From NCBI GenBank assembly GCA_943788915.1, contig CALSSD010000013.1:124001-188000 (forward strand): a stretch of 64,000 nt of DNA, written 5' to 3'. A program made the position numbers and the translations under genes. Source of the stretch: an uncultured Acidimicrobiales bacterium. Its GTDB lineage: Bacteria > Actinomycetota > Acidimicrobiia > Acidimicrobiales > UBA10347. Below the pieces are notes generated by a model. That model was given only the letters and a program-made list of their open reading frames with translations. It had not been told where the DNA came from and searched no databases. Shown in pieces: positions 1-10,619 of this stretch; the stretch's first letter is position 1; each line of letters starts with the position of its first letter.

Positions 1-754
1 TTGTCTAACAAACAGACAACCCGCTGGTTTTGCTCGGCTCGAAAAGTCCGAACGATCGGACGCCCTGCACGCGCAGTGGCTGCCCAGTCGATTCGGCGGT
101 ATTCGTCGTCTGGTACATACTCGCGGAGTTGATCGAACTCGGTTCCGGTCCCGAGCCCACGAGATGATCGCAGGCCAACCTCGAGAATCCGGGACTGTCC
201 GATACGAAGCTCTGCATCCTCCCGTGACCGGAACGGCGGCAACACTCGCAGCAGCGCCGGAAGTGAGCGGCGATGTTGCCTGGCCCCAAGGCCGAGCGGG
301 CCTTCCACTCGGACGATCAGGTCCTCAATCACGAAGTCGCCTCGACGGGCAGGCATGATCTCGGTGGTTACCGTGGCCGAACCTCGGGCTGGCAATGTCA
401 CTCGGGCCCGTCTGACGCCAGCTCGCAGTGACGGCGCAAACTCGTCGCCGAACGCAACAGTACGTCGGACCGATCCGGGATTGCGCAGGTTCCACGTGAC
501 ATCACCACGGACATTCAGGGCGATCGCTCGAGGCATCTCTCGGTCGATCTCGATGCTGCCGGCCTTGCCTGCCAGCAGTCCATCGATTGCAGCAAGGCCA
601 AGCAACACCACATTGGCGCGACAACCGGACCTGGCAAATCCCACGGACCCACCGCCAGCGTGTCTGCGACACCCGGCCATGAGTCGGGGCCGAACAACAT
701 CGCGACCGCAACAAGCACGGCGAGGATCGCGAGGCGACGGGTAGGAACAAGCAC
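1..754 (-). CDS. DUF58 family protein (MoxR-associated), runs off the window start, frameshifted near its 5' end
   Basis: Manual minus-strand translation gives GTGTEFDQLREYVPDDEYRRIDWAATARAGRPIVRTFRAEQNQRVVCLLD, the typical DUF58 motif. The N-terminus MLVPTRRLAILAVL is in ORF 515..754. Lies directly downstream of moxR. Confidence 0.85.
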
Positions 755-784
755 GGTGAGAGGTCTGGGTTTATCGAGTCGGGG

Positions 785-1824
<1,040 letters not shown>

Positions 1825-1828
<4 letters not shown>

Positions 1829-2989
1829 CGGTCAGTGCTTTCGGTCGGGATGTCTCGAGGGGCTTGTTGGTCAGGTGTGCGTACCGGCATCGCCTTGTTG
1901 GCGCCAGCGGTGTCAAAGAGTTGTGCATCGAGCGTGTGCAACAGCTGCGCGGTCTGGACCAGTTCAGGGTCTGTCGCCACCAGCCCGTACAGTCCGTGTT
2001 CGACCTCGGCTGGGGTGTGCCCGGTTCGGTCGGCGACTCTGGTCGCGACGTCGGCGTCGGTTGCCGTTGCAGGCACGGATAGAGCGACGCGTATTCGGTG
2101 CACCAGATCGGTTTGGAGTACCTGGGCGGCAGAACCAGGATCTTTGGCCCGTTCACTCAGGAGGCCGGCCTTGAGCACCAGTTCGGAACCCTCGATATGA
2201 ACCGGCACGGGTTCGGGCACGACACCGCCCAACCGTCGGCTCCGATACAACGAGTACAGCAAAAACGCAGCCAGCATTTGGAAGACGGCATTCCAGACCC
2301 GAGGTGGGACCAAGTCAGTGATCGCTTCGTCGCCGAAGTCGACAACCGAGGGGCCGAGAAAGCTGACATGTGCATCGCCCCCAGTCGGCGCCAGCAGGTT
2401 CACTGCAACCACCGCGGCATCGTCATCATCGAGTTCGGCGTTTATGAACAGGTCCGGGCTGCCGATGGTCACGATCGTGCCTTGGCCCACGGACTCTGCC
2501 ACCACAAACGCGCTGTTGGCGTCACCAAAACATGATGTTCGCCCAGCGGTGTTGAGTAGCCGTCCGTTCAACGTAAGTTCGGTTGTTTCTGCAAGCACCT
2601 CGATGGTGCACCGGCCCCGGAGAATCGTTGGACGTCCGCCCACCGGAGCATTGGTGAAACCGACGGCTTGGGCAGCAAGCCGGGAGTTCACGTCGGCGAC
2701 AACCAGTACACCTCCGGCCTGTACCCAGGTTCGCACGGCGTCTTCATCTTCGACCGTGAGCCGGTCACGCAACATCAGCGCTGTCGTTCGCCGATGGATT
2801 TGGCACTGATCGATCGAGATCAACCATGGCACCAAGGCGTTCGAGCGTCTCGACCACACCTCGCGCCCCATCCGGCGCAACCGAACGCGGGTCATACGCC
2901 GGACCGGAGTCACCGGAACCACCCACAATGAGCACAACAACGACCAGCGCAGCACCGAGTAACAACCAGAAACGGGCGTTGCGATTCAT
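1825..2989 (-). CDS. DUF4350 domain membrane protein (frameshift near 2790)
   Basis: N-terminal TM plus YDPRSVAPDGARGVVETL (ORF 2765..2989) joins WVQAGGVLVVA...DLFINAEL...RSRRLG (ORF 1825..2955). Conserved neighbour of moxR/DUF58. Confidence 0.75.
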
Positions 2990-3642
2990 GCTGACCCGAC
3001 CAACACAGCTTCGTGCTCGGCCGCAGCAATGACCTGATGTGCCAAATCAGCGAACGCTGCGGTTGCGGCTGCATCGGCATGGTGCGACCCATACCAGGTG
3101 TCTTTGAACAGCCAGGTCGCTTCATGCATGGTTGCCGCCGCAGCCGGTCGAGCCTGGGCGACTTCGTGGGCGATCTCACCAGCAGTCAGGCCCGGGCGGG
3201 CGGTAACGATCTCAAGATCCAAGAGTTCGGCCACCAAGGAGCGATGTCGACACCGGATGGCCGTTCGCCAGTCATGGTTTCGTTCGGCGGCCATGGCGTC
3301 GGCGAGCCAGTCACCGGCACTGCGATTCCCCGTGATCTCGACGGTCGGACGGGTGGAAGCGGGGCGAGTTGGCAGCGGATCAAGGTTGCGCATGAGACGC
3401 GACACCAGGAAAGCAATAAGCAGGCCGAAGCCAATGATCACGAGCCAGGCAATGATCCCCCGACCACCGGTGCTGGTCAGCGCGTTGAACAGATCACCGA
3501 TCAGGTCCGCGATCCAGTCGAATACTCGTTCTTGCAGCGATGGTGGTCGAGCAGCCTCGACGTACGCTCGGCCAGACAGCACCTGGTCAGCAACGTCGCG
3601 AGCTTTCTCGGCGCTGACCTCGGATGGAGGCAGCTCACGCAC
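2986..3642 (-). CDS. DUF4129 domain protein
   Basis: GTG start at 3642 overlaps the upstream stop. TM segment followed by AIRCRHRSLV...GLTAGE...FKDTWYG. Fits the operon context. Confidence 0.75.
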   Translation of the reverse strand: MRELPPSEVSAEKARDVADQVLSGRAYVEAARPPSLQERVFDWIADLIGDLFNALTSTGGRGIIAWLVIIGFGLLIAFLVSRLMRNLDPLPTRPASTRPTVEITGNRSAGDWLADAMAAERNHDWRTAIRCRHRSLVAELLDLEIVTARPGLTAGEIAHEVAQARPAAAATMHEATWLFKDTWYGSHHADAAATAAFADLAHQVIAAAEHEAVLVGSA

Positions 3643-4471
3643 GGATGCCTCGAGCGACCTGGACCCGACGCAGGATGTCGTCGCCTTCGACTCGGTCTCG
3701 GGTCTCAAAATACGCAAGCACAGCAGCACCGGTTCCCAAGATGGTGAGCACCGTTGTGCCAATCGACCCCAAAGCGAAGAAGGCGATCCAGCCCCAATCT
3801 CCAAGCAGGAAAGCGCCGAGCACGGGGATGCCGAGCAGTGCGTACGTCAGTAAGAAGTTGATGAGCACAATCAACAACAGCAACCCCAACAGATGCCCGT
3901 AACGACGCCGTCCGAGCTGAAACGCTCGTTTGATGGCCGCAAGTGGGCCAAGACCTTCCGCGGCAATGATGGGTGCCAGCAGCATCAGCATGGGTGTTGT
4001 GAGTAGCAACGTGACTACCTGGATGACTTTCGACAGTACAAACACCGCCAGAATGATGTGTGACTTGCGCATGGTGAACGTGAGGCATTCGAGCGCTCCC
4101 CGGTCAACTCCTTGGCGCCACCCCAACACAAGATGGGTAAGCGCTACTCCGAGAAACGGCAGGATCAAGAATTCCAACACGGTCCCGATCGTGGAACCGC
4201 CGAACGCGCCAAAACTGGTGAAGTCGTTCTGGCCCTCGAACTGCCCTGTCTCGGTGTCGAAGTTGTCGAGGGAGAACGTCGAGAACACGTTGCGGTCAGC
4301 CCACGCCGTAATCAGTTGAACCGGCAATACAAACGCGGCCGCTATGGCCGCCACGGTACGAGGTCTGCCGCGCAGAAGAGCGAATGCCCCGTCGGCAATA
4401 TCGAGCGCATTCAGCGGCCGGTTCGGGACCGGGCTGGGGAGAGGTTCGTGATCAGTCATCGCCGTGCTCAA
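3635..4471 (-). CDS. Integral membrane protein of the MoxR/DUF58 cluster
   Basis: RPLNALDIADGAFALLR N-terminal motif, several TM helices, C-terminal YFETRDRVEGDD. Confidence 0.75.
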   Translation of the reverse strand: MSTAMTDHEPLPSPVPNRPLNALDIADGAFALLRGRPRTVAAIAAAFVLPVQLITAWADRNVFSTFSLDNFDTETGQFEGQNDFTSFGAFGGSTIGTVLEFLILPFLGVALTHLVLGWRQGVDRGALECLTFTMRKSHIILAVFVLSKVIQVVTLLLTTPMLMLLAPIIAAEGLGPLAAIKRAFQLGRRRYGHLLGLLLLIVLINFLLTYALLGIPVLGAFLLGDWGWIAFFALGSIGTTVLTILGTGAAVLAYFETRDRVEGDDILRRVQVARGIRA

Positions 4472-4527
4472 AGGTAGCGCCCACGAGATCTTGTGGTCTG
4501 TATGGCGTCACCGAGTACCGTTTGAGC

Positions 4528-5995
4528 GTGGCAATCTCGGAACGTTCGCTTGGCTGGTTGCGGTATTTGCACCGCAAGGCCCACACCGCCGACAACTGGG
4601 ATCGAGGCGGTTCGCCTCATCCTCATTGGGATGATCGTTCCGATCCGCCGATGGCAAGCTGGCATCGTTTCGACCTGGTCGACTCGTCCTACGCCATGGG
4701 GCTCATGGCACATCGCACCCCCGCGTGGACCGAGCCCTACGTTGCCATCCTGGACCAACTCATCCAACGCCATACCAGCTGGTGGTCCGCCGCTGACTGG
4801 CTGACCCAGTTCGGGCACGATCCTGATCAGGCCAACTATCCCGACGCCTACCGCATGTTCATTCCTCCAGAGTTGTGGGGCGAATACGACACCCCCGGCT
4901 GGACGGCAAACGGTATCGAGCCCTACGGCCGCCAGATGGACCCGGTGCAGGCCGACGGCATGTTGTTCTACAAGGGGTTCTTCCTCGTTCTGCTGGGTAT
5001 CCGGTCGATGATCGACAGCAACGATCGCTGGAATCAGCCGTTCGAGATGATCCGAGACGGCAACGATTCGTTCTGAGTGGACCCACTCCCAGATCGCCGA
5101 TCATCTGTGCCAACAATGGCTTGCGGCGCCGATCGGCTGCCATTGAGAGAACACCAAAATCTGGCCATTTTGACTGGCTGGAGCTGGCCTCGGTCTGAGG
5201 CTTCACGACAACCGACACGGCACTGACTACCACGAGCAAACCTTTGGGCCGTGGTGGGAGTATGCCCGAAAGCATTATCTCGATCTCGATTCCGAATCCG
5301 CGCCTACCTCAACCACGCTGTACTACGACCCAGTGCTTGATGTACATCACCGTTTGCCGGTGTCGATGGCCTCGACCACGTCGTACTACGCAGCGCCCCA
5401 GGTTCCTGAAGAGGCCAAACGGCTGTTCCTGGCTGCGGCGTCGTCCATGGGTCTCGATGGTGATCTCACGCTGCCACTGCGTCCAAGCCGGGCCTACGGG
5501 TCTTCGTTGGTACTCGCCCGAGAATGGGGGCTCACCGACATCGAAGAACGGTTGGTCGCTGGCATCGAAGCCTCATACGAACCAACGTGGGACTACCGAG
5601 ACCGGTGAGTTCACCTGGGGTACTGGGCCTGAACGAGCCCCATCCACGGGGCCAGTTCAACGCCTTCCTGGCTGCTGCCGAAGCCGCCGGACCTGGAGCG
5701 TGGGAAGCGCTCTCGGCGGCTCCCCTCGATCCGTGCCCACAGATCGTCGGGGTCGACTTTCCAACGATGGCGTTCGACCGGGCAGAGTGGATTGGCAGTT
5801 CGTTGTACCTCGGCCTGGCGCCGCTGTACGAAGACCCCAAGCGTCTACACCACGTTCCGTATCGTCGGCGTCGAACCTCGTCAGTGGGACATCGCTGGCA
5901 TCGATGGCGCAATGGTCGATGCCCGGGCCGATGGTGTGGTCGTGCGGGTGCCGCTGAAGAAGACCCTGATGACCTTCACACCAAGTAGCTACTAG
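4528..5995 (+). CDS. Linalool dehydratase/isomerase-like protein, putative double selenoprotein (Sec TGA at 5144-5146 and 5171-5173; apparent 1-nt indels near 5074, 5595, 5621, 5845)
   Basis: Joined translation ...DPVQADGMLFYKGF...WTHSQIADHLCQQWLAAPIGCH*ENTKIWPF*LAGAGLGLRLHDNRHGTDYH...LYYDP...WDTETGEFTWGLGLNEPHPRGQFNA...VGVDFP. It aligns by eye with LinD DP..ENIMYKGH...GIVCEPDNYFVQCN...YDRLHGTDY (recalled). GTG start 6 nt after a TACCGT -10-like box. Confidence 0.8.
5186..5202 (+). promoter_or_regulatory. Putative bacterial SECIS hairpin for UGA 5171
   Basis: GGCCTC-GGTCT-GAGGCT: 6-bp stem including one G-U pair, GGU in the loop, starting 12 nt after the TGA. Confidence 0.6.
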
Positions 5996-6006
5996 CTACA
6001 CATCAA

Positions 6007-6279
6007 CTATCCGGCCAGCTCAACTGTCAACACAGAACTCGTGGCTGCCCTGGTCCCGTGCTCTCCGTTGGCCGAATCGCCGAACCCGCAGCCCACACCA
6101 TGGCACCGTTGTGTTGGGTGCTTTCTGCTTCGGTCGCAAACCCCTTCTCGATCATCGACCGGATGAAGGCCTCGTGCTGGGGTTCGACCTCCCACGCAAG
6201 TGTTGCCGCCCACCAATCTGCAACGATCATGTGGCGACGCACAATCGATAACGACCTGGACCGAGAACGGCTGAGTCAT
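6007..6279 (-). pseudogene. VOC/glyoxalase-like protein fragment, frameshifted and C-terminally truncated
   Basis: MTQPFSVQVVIDCASPH + ADWWAATLAWEVEPQHEAFIRSMIEKGFA...PRVL, then stops before the usual KNRxHLD half. Confidence 0.6.
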
Positions 6280-6300
6280 TCCCGGGCCTTAGGCGCTGAC

Positions 6301-7020
6301 TTAGCTGAGTGGCGTCTGTCCCAGAACCACGCGGAGCACGTTGGCTACTTCGGTGGAGTCCTTGGTGCCTGCCCCCATGCCGATGGTGTCGATCGTCATT
6401 GGCGGCATCGGGCCCCAGACATCCACGAGTTCAGCGAGCAATGCCGCGCCCGTGGGTGTGGTGCTCTCGAACGGAGCTGGACCAGCCTGCACGGCAGTGA
6501 CGCCCTTCATGATCTGGAGCACCGCAGGCACTGGCACAGGTATCGGCCCATGAGCCCCACGCGTGTTGCCGTTGCCCAAGCTGAGTGTTGAGCAATAGAT
6601 CGCTTCAAGGTTCAGGTGTTGGATGCCGGCACACGAGGCGACAACGTCAGCGATGGAGTCGAGGGCCCCGACTTCGTGGAAATGGACCTCGTCGATCGAT
6701 GTCTGGTGCACCGAGGCTTCGGCTTCGGCCAATCGTTGGAAGACCGCACTTGCGCTCTGCCGCACGGATGGGTCGAGACTTTCGAACAGGGCGAGGATCT
6801 CGGGAAGGTGTCGCATGGTGCGGGTCTCGGGGACGTCGACATGCACCTTGGTGGCGCCAAGGCCACCTCGTTGGACATCTTCGACCCGCAGCGAGATCCC
6901 GAGGTCGAACGGATCCAGGCTTGTCTGAAGCACGGTGAGTGGAACCCCTGCACCTACCAAGGCACCGAGCATCATGTCGCCGCTGGCGCCTGCTCCCCCA
7001 TCGAACCATACGATCGTCAT
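6301..7020 (-). CDS. larC: Nickel-pincer cofactor biosynthesis protein LarC, N-terminal half (LarC1)
   Basis: FDGGAGASGDMMLGAL, AEAEASVHQTSIDEVHFHEVGALDSIADV, AHGPIPVPVPA, TPTGAA, ANVLRVVLG then stop. ATGA overlap with larB. Confidence 0.9.
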   Translation of the reverse strand: MTIVWFDGGAGASGDMMLGALVGAGVPLTVLQTSLDPFDLGISLRVEDVQRGGLGATKVHVDVPETRTMRHLPEILALFESLDPSVRQSASAVFQRLAEAEASVHQTSIDEVHFHEVGALDSIADVVASCAGIQHLNLEAIYCSTLSLGNGNTRGAHGPIPVPVPAVLQIMKGVTAVQAGPAPFESTTPTGAALLAELVDVWGPMPPMTIDTIGMGAGTKDSTEVANVLRVVLGQTPLS

Positions 7021-7670
7021 TGGGGTGCTTTCATCAACGACAGCATGCGCACCGCTGCACACGCTGCGCCGAAACCGTTGTCTATGTTCACCACGGTCAC
7101 GCCCTGGGCACAGCTGGCGAGGGCACTGTTCAGCGCCGTCGTGCCGCCGGTAGCAACGCCGTAACCCACCGAGGTGGGCACAGCGATAACGGGTGCGCCG
7201 ACAAGCCCGCCAAGAACGGAGACGATTGCAGCGTCCATTCCTGCGACCGCGATAACGATGTCGGCGGCTCGGATGTCATCGAGTCGAGCTTGCAGCCGCC
7301 AGATTCCGGCAACTCCGACATCGACGATCGTGTCGGAAGCAACACCACTGAACTGCAGCGTGCGCGCTGCTTCAGCAGCGACCTGCTGATCCGATGTTCC
7401 AGCAGCCACGACCGCGACCTGACCTGGCCGGGTCGGCAACGAGCCGTGCATGGTGGCTGTCAGGCTGACCGGGTCATAGTCCATCTTCGCCTGGGCGTAG
7501 CCATCGAGCGTGTCAAACTGTTCGGCAGCCAAGCGAGTGAAGAGCACAGGATCGGGTTGGGCCAACAGGTCATCGACAATGGAAGCGAGCTGTTGATCGG
7601 TCTTGGCAGACGACAAGACGGCTTCGGGCATGCCGATCCGTTCAGGTCGCTGATAATCGTGCTGATGCAT
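7017..7670 (-). CDS. larB: Nickel-pincer cofactor biosynthesis protein LarB
   Basis: AGTSD..VAAEA, DVGVAGIWRL, AGMDAA, PVIAVPTSVGYG, LASCAQGVTVVNIDNGFGAA. Confidence 0.95.
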   Translation of the reverse strand: MHQHDYQRPERIGMPEAVLSSAKTDQQLASIVDDLLAQPDPVLFTRLAAEQFDTLDGYAQAKMDYDPVSLTATMHGSLPTRPGQVAVVAAGTSDQQVAAEAARTLQFSGVASDTIVDVGVAGIWRLQARLDDIRAADIVIAVAGMDAAIVSVLGGLVGAPVIAVPTSVGYGVATGGTTALNSALASCAQGVTVVNIDNGFGAACAAVRMLSLMKAPQ

Positions 7671-7678
7671 AAGGGTTG

Positions 7679-8494
7679 TTACGAGACTCGAAGGAAGGAA
7701 CGGCCGGCGCGGTAGTCGTCGTCGTCGAGAGACACGTCGATCAGCTCCGGTTCGACCGAGGTCATCGCGGTTCGGACCGCTGCAATCACACTCGCGTCGA
7801 TGTGGTGACGGTCTTCGCCACGAACCTCGACGAACACGTTTGCCTCTCGGATTCGACAGCGCACGATCGCCACGCCGGTGAGTTGGGTCACAAGCGCTTC
7901 GCCGACTTCAACGGCTTGGAGGCGTGCAGCGGTGACTCGGGTACCGGTGTAGAGACGGCTAGCCAGGCACGGCGAGGCTGGTAGATCGGCTTCGGCCAGG
8001 CCGAGGTCCCGGGCTGCGGATCGGATGTCGGCCTTGCCCCACCCGGCTTCGACATAGGGGTGATGCACGGCGTGTTCATCAGCAGCGATCAGCCCAGGTC
8101 GGTACTCACCAAGATCGTCGGTGTTAGCGCCGCTCAGGATCACGGCATCGGACGGAGCCGAGGTTGAACCCTGGAGTGTCGAGATCGCGTCGTACAAGTT
8201 TGACTTGCAGTAATAACAACGATCTGCCGGGTTTGAGAGATACCGCTCGTCGTCGAATTCGCTGGACCGCACCAGTTCCAGATTCCAGCCTTCGCGCTCG
8301 GCGAAGGCCACAACACGGGCTGTTCCCGGGCCGGGAACTGCCGGTGTAACGGTGTGGGCGACAATCGTCTGTTCAGGTGCTGCACGGTGGGCCAGCGTTG
8401 CTAGGACAAGACTGTCGATACCACCACTACAGGCAACGATGCGCGCTGGGTACAACACGAGTTTGTCGTGCAACTTGTTGTGTGGATCGACCAT
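7679..8494 (-). CDS. larE: LarE-type ATP-dependent sulfur transferase
   Basis: PP-loop SGGIDS, NPADRCYYCK, GANTDDLGEYRPG, PASPCLASR. Confidence 0.9.
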   Translation of the reverse strand: MVDPHNKLHDKLVLYPARIVACSGGIDSLVLATLAHRAAPEQTIVAHTVTPAVPGPGTARVVAFAEREGWNLELVRSSEFDDERYLSNPADRCYYCKSNLYDAISTLQGSTSAPSDAVILSGANTDDLGEYRPGLIAADEHAVHHPYVEAGWGKADIRSAARDLGLAEADLPASPCLASRLYTGTRVTAARLQAVEVGEALVTQLTGVAIVRCRIREANVFVEVRGEDRHHIDASVIAAVRTAMTSVEPELIDVSLDDDDYRAGRSFLRVS

Positions 8495-8539
8495 GGGGTG
8501 ACACGCCTCCTGCGACTCGCCACCATAGCGATACGGCGA

Positions 8540-9760
8540 CTAGGTCAGTACGTCGGATAGGACGTCGAGACAACGATCGAGATCATTGTCGTCGATGATC
8601 AGCGGCGGGCAGAACGCCAGGCTGTCGCCAATGGGCCGAAAGATCACGCCTTTGTCGAGCGCTGCATCTCGGGCAGCGATGGTCTGGTCGGCAGTCGCGC
8701 CCTCGGGAAGTTGCGCTGACCACAGTGCACCAACCCCTCGGTAGCCCGACAGCGTGCCGTCGGCCACCATTGCGGTGAGGCCCGACGAGAACTTTTCGCC
8801 GATCTCTTTCGCCCGCTGCACGAGCCCTTCGCGCTCGATGATGTCGATGTTTACGAGTCCGGCCACCGCACACGCTGGATGACCGCTGTACGTGAAGCCG
8901 TGGCGGAGGTAGAAGTCGGGGTCGGATTCGAACAGATCACAGATCGCTCGACTCACGATCACGCCACCAAGGGGTTGGTAGCCGCTTGTCACACCTTTCG
9001 CGAACGTCATGAGATCGGGCTTCACGCCATAGGTCTGAGCTGCGAACCATTCACCGGTGCGGCCAAAACCGCAGATGACCTCGTCGAACACCAGCAGTGC
9101 GCCGGCCTTGTCGCACAGCTCGCGAAGACGGCGCATGTAGTCCTCGGTCGGCGGCCACACGCCACCAGCACCCTGCACTGGTTCGGTGATCACACCGGCA
9201 ATGCGGTCGCCGTGTTCCGCGAACACTCGGGCAGCGGACTCGATGTCGTCGGGATCGATCTCCATGATGTGGGGCATCAGGTCACCCCAACCCTCGCGAT
9301 TGGCTGCAATACCCTGAAGCGATGTCCCTGCCCCTGCGATGCCGTGATACCCACGGGTGCGGCGGAGGATGATCTGGCGGTCAGGTTCACCCTTGAGTTG
9401 GGCGATCTGTCGGGTCAGCTTGAACGCGGTGTCAACCGCCTCCGAACCTGAGCAACACATGAAGACGCGTGACCCTTCGAGCGGCGATAGATCGCTGATG
9501 CGTTCAGCCAACTGCTCGGGCGCGGCATGCGACCACGGGTCGAAGACGTTGTAGGCAATGGTGCTGAGCTGCTCATGAACAGCGTCGGCAATTTCCGTCC
9601 GGCCATGGCCGACCTGACACAGCCACAAGCTGCCCATGCCGTCGATGTATTCGTTGCCTTTGGTGTCCCAGAGGCGCACACCTTCGCCACGGACAAGTTC
9701 GCGAAACTTCTCCTTGTCCTTGGCCGGCTTGGCATAGGGGTGCAGCAGTTTTGGCTTCAT
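8540..9760 (-). CDS. Class III PLP aminotransferase (omega-amine/putrescine-pyruvate type)
   Basis: YIDGMGSLW, SGSEAVD, GYHG, EPVQGAGG, DEVICGFGRTG, AKGVTSGY, HGFTYSGHP. ATG at 9760 with a GGAG-type RBS. Confidence 0.92.
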   Translation of the reverse strand: MKPKLLHPYAKPAKDKEKFRELVRGEGVRLWDTKGNEYIDGMGSLWLCQVGHGRTEIADAVHEQLSTIAYNVFDPWSHAAPEQLAERISDLSPLEGSRVFMCCSGSEAVDTAFKLTRQIAQLKGEPDRQIILRRTRGYHGIAGAGTSLQGIAANREGWGDLMPHIMEIDPDDIESAARVFAEHGDRIAGVITEPVQGAGGVWPPTEDYMRRLRELCDKAGALLVFDEVICGFGRTGEWFAAQTYGVKPDLMTFAKGVTSGYQPLGGVIVSRAICDLFESDPDFYLRHGFTYSGHPACAVAGLVNIDIIEREGLVQRAKEIGEKFSSGLTAMVADGTLSGYRGVGALWSAQLPEGATADQTIAARDAALDKGVIFRPIGDSLAFCPPLIIDDNDLDRCLDVLSDVLT

Positions 9761-9868
9761 GTGGGACTCCCTCTGAGATTCAAGACCAGAGAGTAATCCA
9801 CGCCAATCAGTCGCCGCGTAACGAGCGCCACGACAATACATGCGCGAGCTCAGCAGAGCGATGCAGGA

Positions 9869-10540
9869 TCACGACGCGAGTCCTGTTTCAGTCGGGTGTT
9901 GTGCCGTGCGCCATTCCGGAAATCCGTCTTGGAGGCGTCGTACGTTGCGGCGTTGTTTGCGAAGGAGTCGCACTGCTTCGTCAGCGAACACGCAGTACTG
10001 ACCTCGGCAGTACGCGACGATGTCGACATCGGCTGACAGGTCACGAACCATGCCCGGGAGCTGACCTATGGGGATCGAACGTGCGCCTCGAATATGCCCG
10101 GCGGTGTACTCGGCCTCGGGGCGGACATCGACGATGATGAGGTTGCCGTCATCAAGGCGTTCGGCGAGTTCGTCTCTGCTGATCTCATCGAGACTGGACC
10201 TGTTACCCAGGTAATCTGCGGCTAGGGCGTCTAACTCGGCAAGATGTGCGTGGGCCACCGAACGCAGCACTGTCCACAGCTGCTCTACCTCGCCAGAGGC
10301 GTGTTGATAATAGATGCGGTTTCCCGCACGGCGGGTGGTCACGAGTCCTGCTGCCGCGAGTACGTGCAGATGGTGTGAGGTATTGGCGACACTCTGGCCG
10401 ATCTCGTTCGCGAGTTCATCAACGTGTCGTTCACCTTGCGCCAGAACGTCGATGAGTTCAACCCGGCGGCCGTTGCCGAGTGCTTTGGCCACGTTGGCGA
10501 ATCCGTCGAACAGCGCGTTCTTCGCCTGGCGGTCTCCCAT
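9869..10540 (-). CDS. ArsR/SmtB family regulator with C-terminal rhodanese domain
   Basis: AKALGNGRRVELIDVLAQGER..SVANTSHHL HTH; DVRPEAEYTAGHIRGA; YCRGQYC. Confidence 0.92.
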   Translation of the reverse strand: MGDRQAKNALFDGFANVAKALGNGRRVELIDVLAQGERHVDELANEIGQSVANTSHHLHVLAAAGLVTTRRAGNRIYYQHASGEVEQLWTVLRSVAHAHLAELDALAADYLGNRSSLDEISRDELAERLDDGNLIIVDVRPEAEYTAGHIRGARSIPIGQLPGMVRDLSADVDIVAYCRGQYCVFADEAVRLLRKQRRNVRRLQDGFPEWRTAQHPTETGLAS

Positions 10541-10548
10541 AGTGCAAT

Positions 10549-10614
10549 CTCCTCAAACGTTTCTTTGAATTGTCACTATAGTGAACAGGTCTATTCAAGA
10601 CCTTGTTTGAGGAG
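10549..10614. promoter_or_regulatory. Divergent promoter/operator: two inverted TCAA-N-TTGA boxes around a perfect 12-bp palindrome
   Basis: ctcctcaaacgtttctttgaat (10549-10570) mirrors attcaagaccttgtttgaggag (10593-10614). tcactatagtga at 10573-10584. Confidence 0.6.
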
Positions 10615-10619
10615 CCACA

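Noticed and set aside
5074..5076. TGA ending ORF 4384..5076 as a third Sec codon
   Set aside because: Readthrough in that frame gives non-homologous sequence. The protein continues in the +1 frame (EWTHSQIADHL), so this is an indel.
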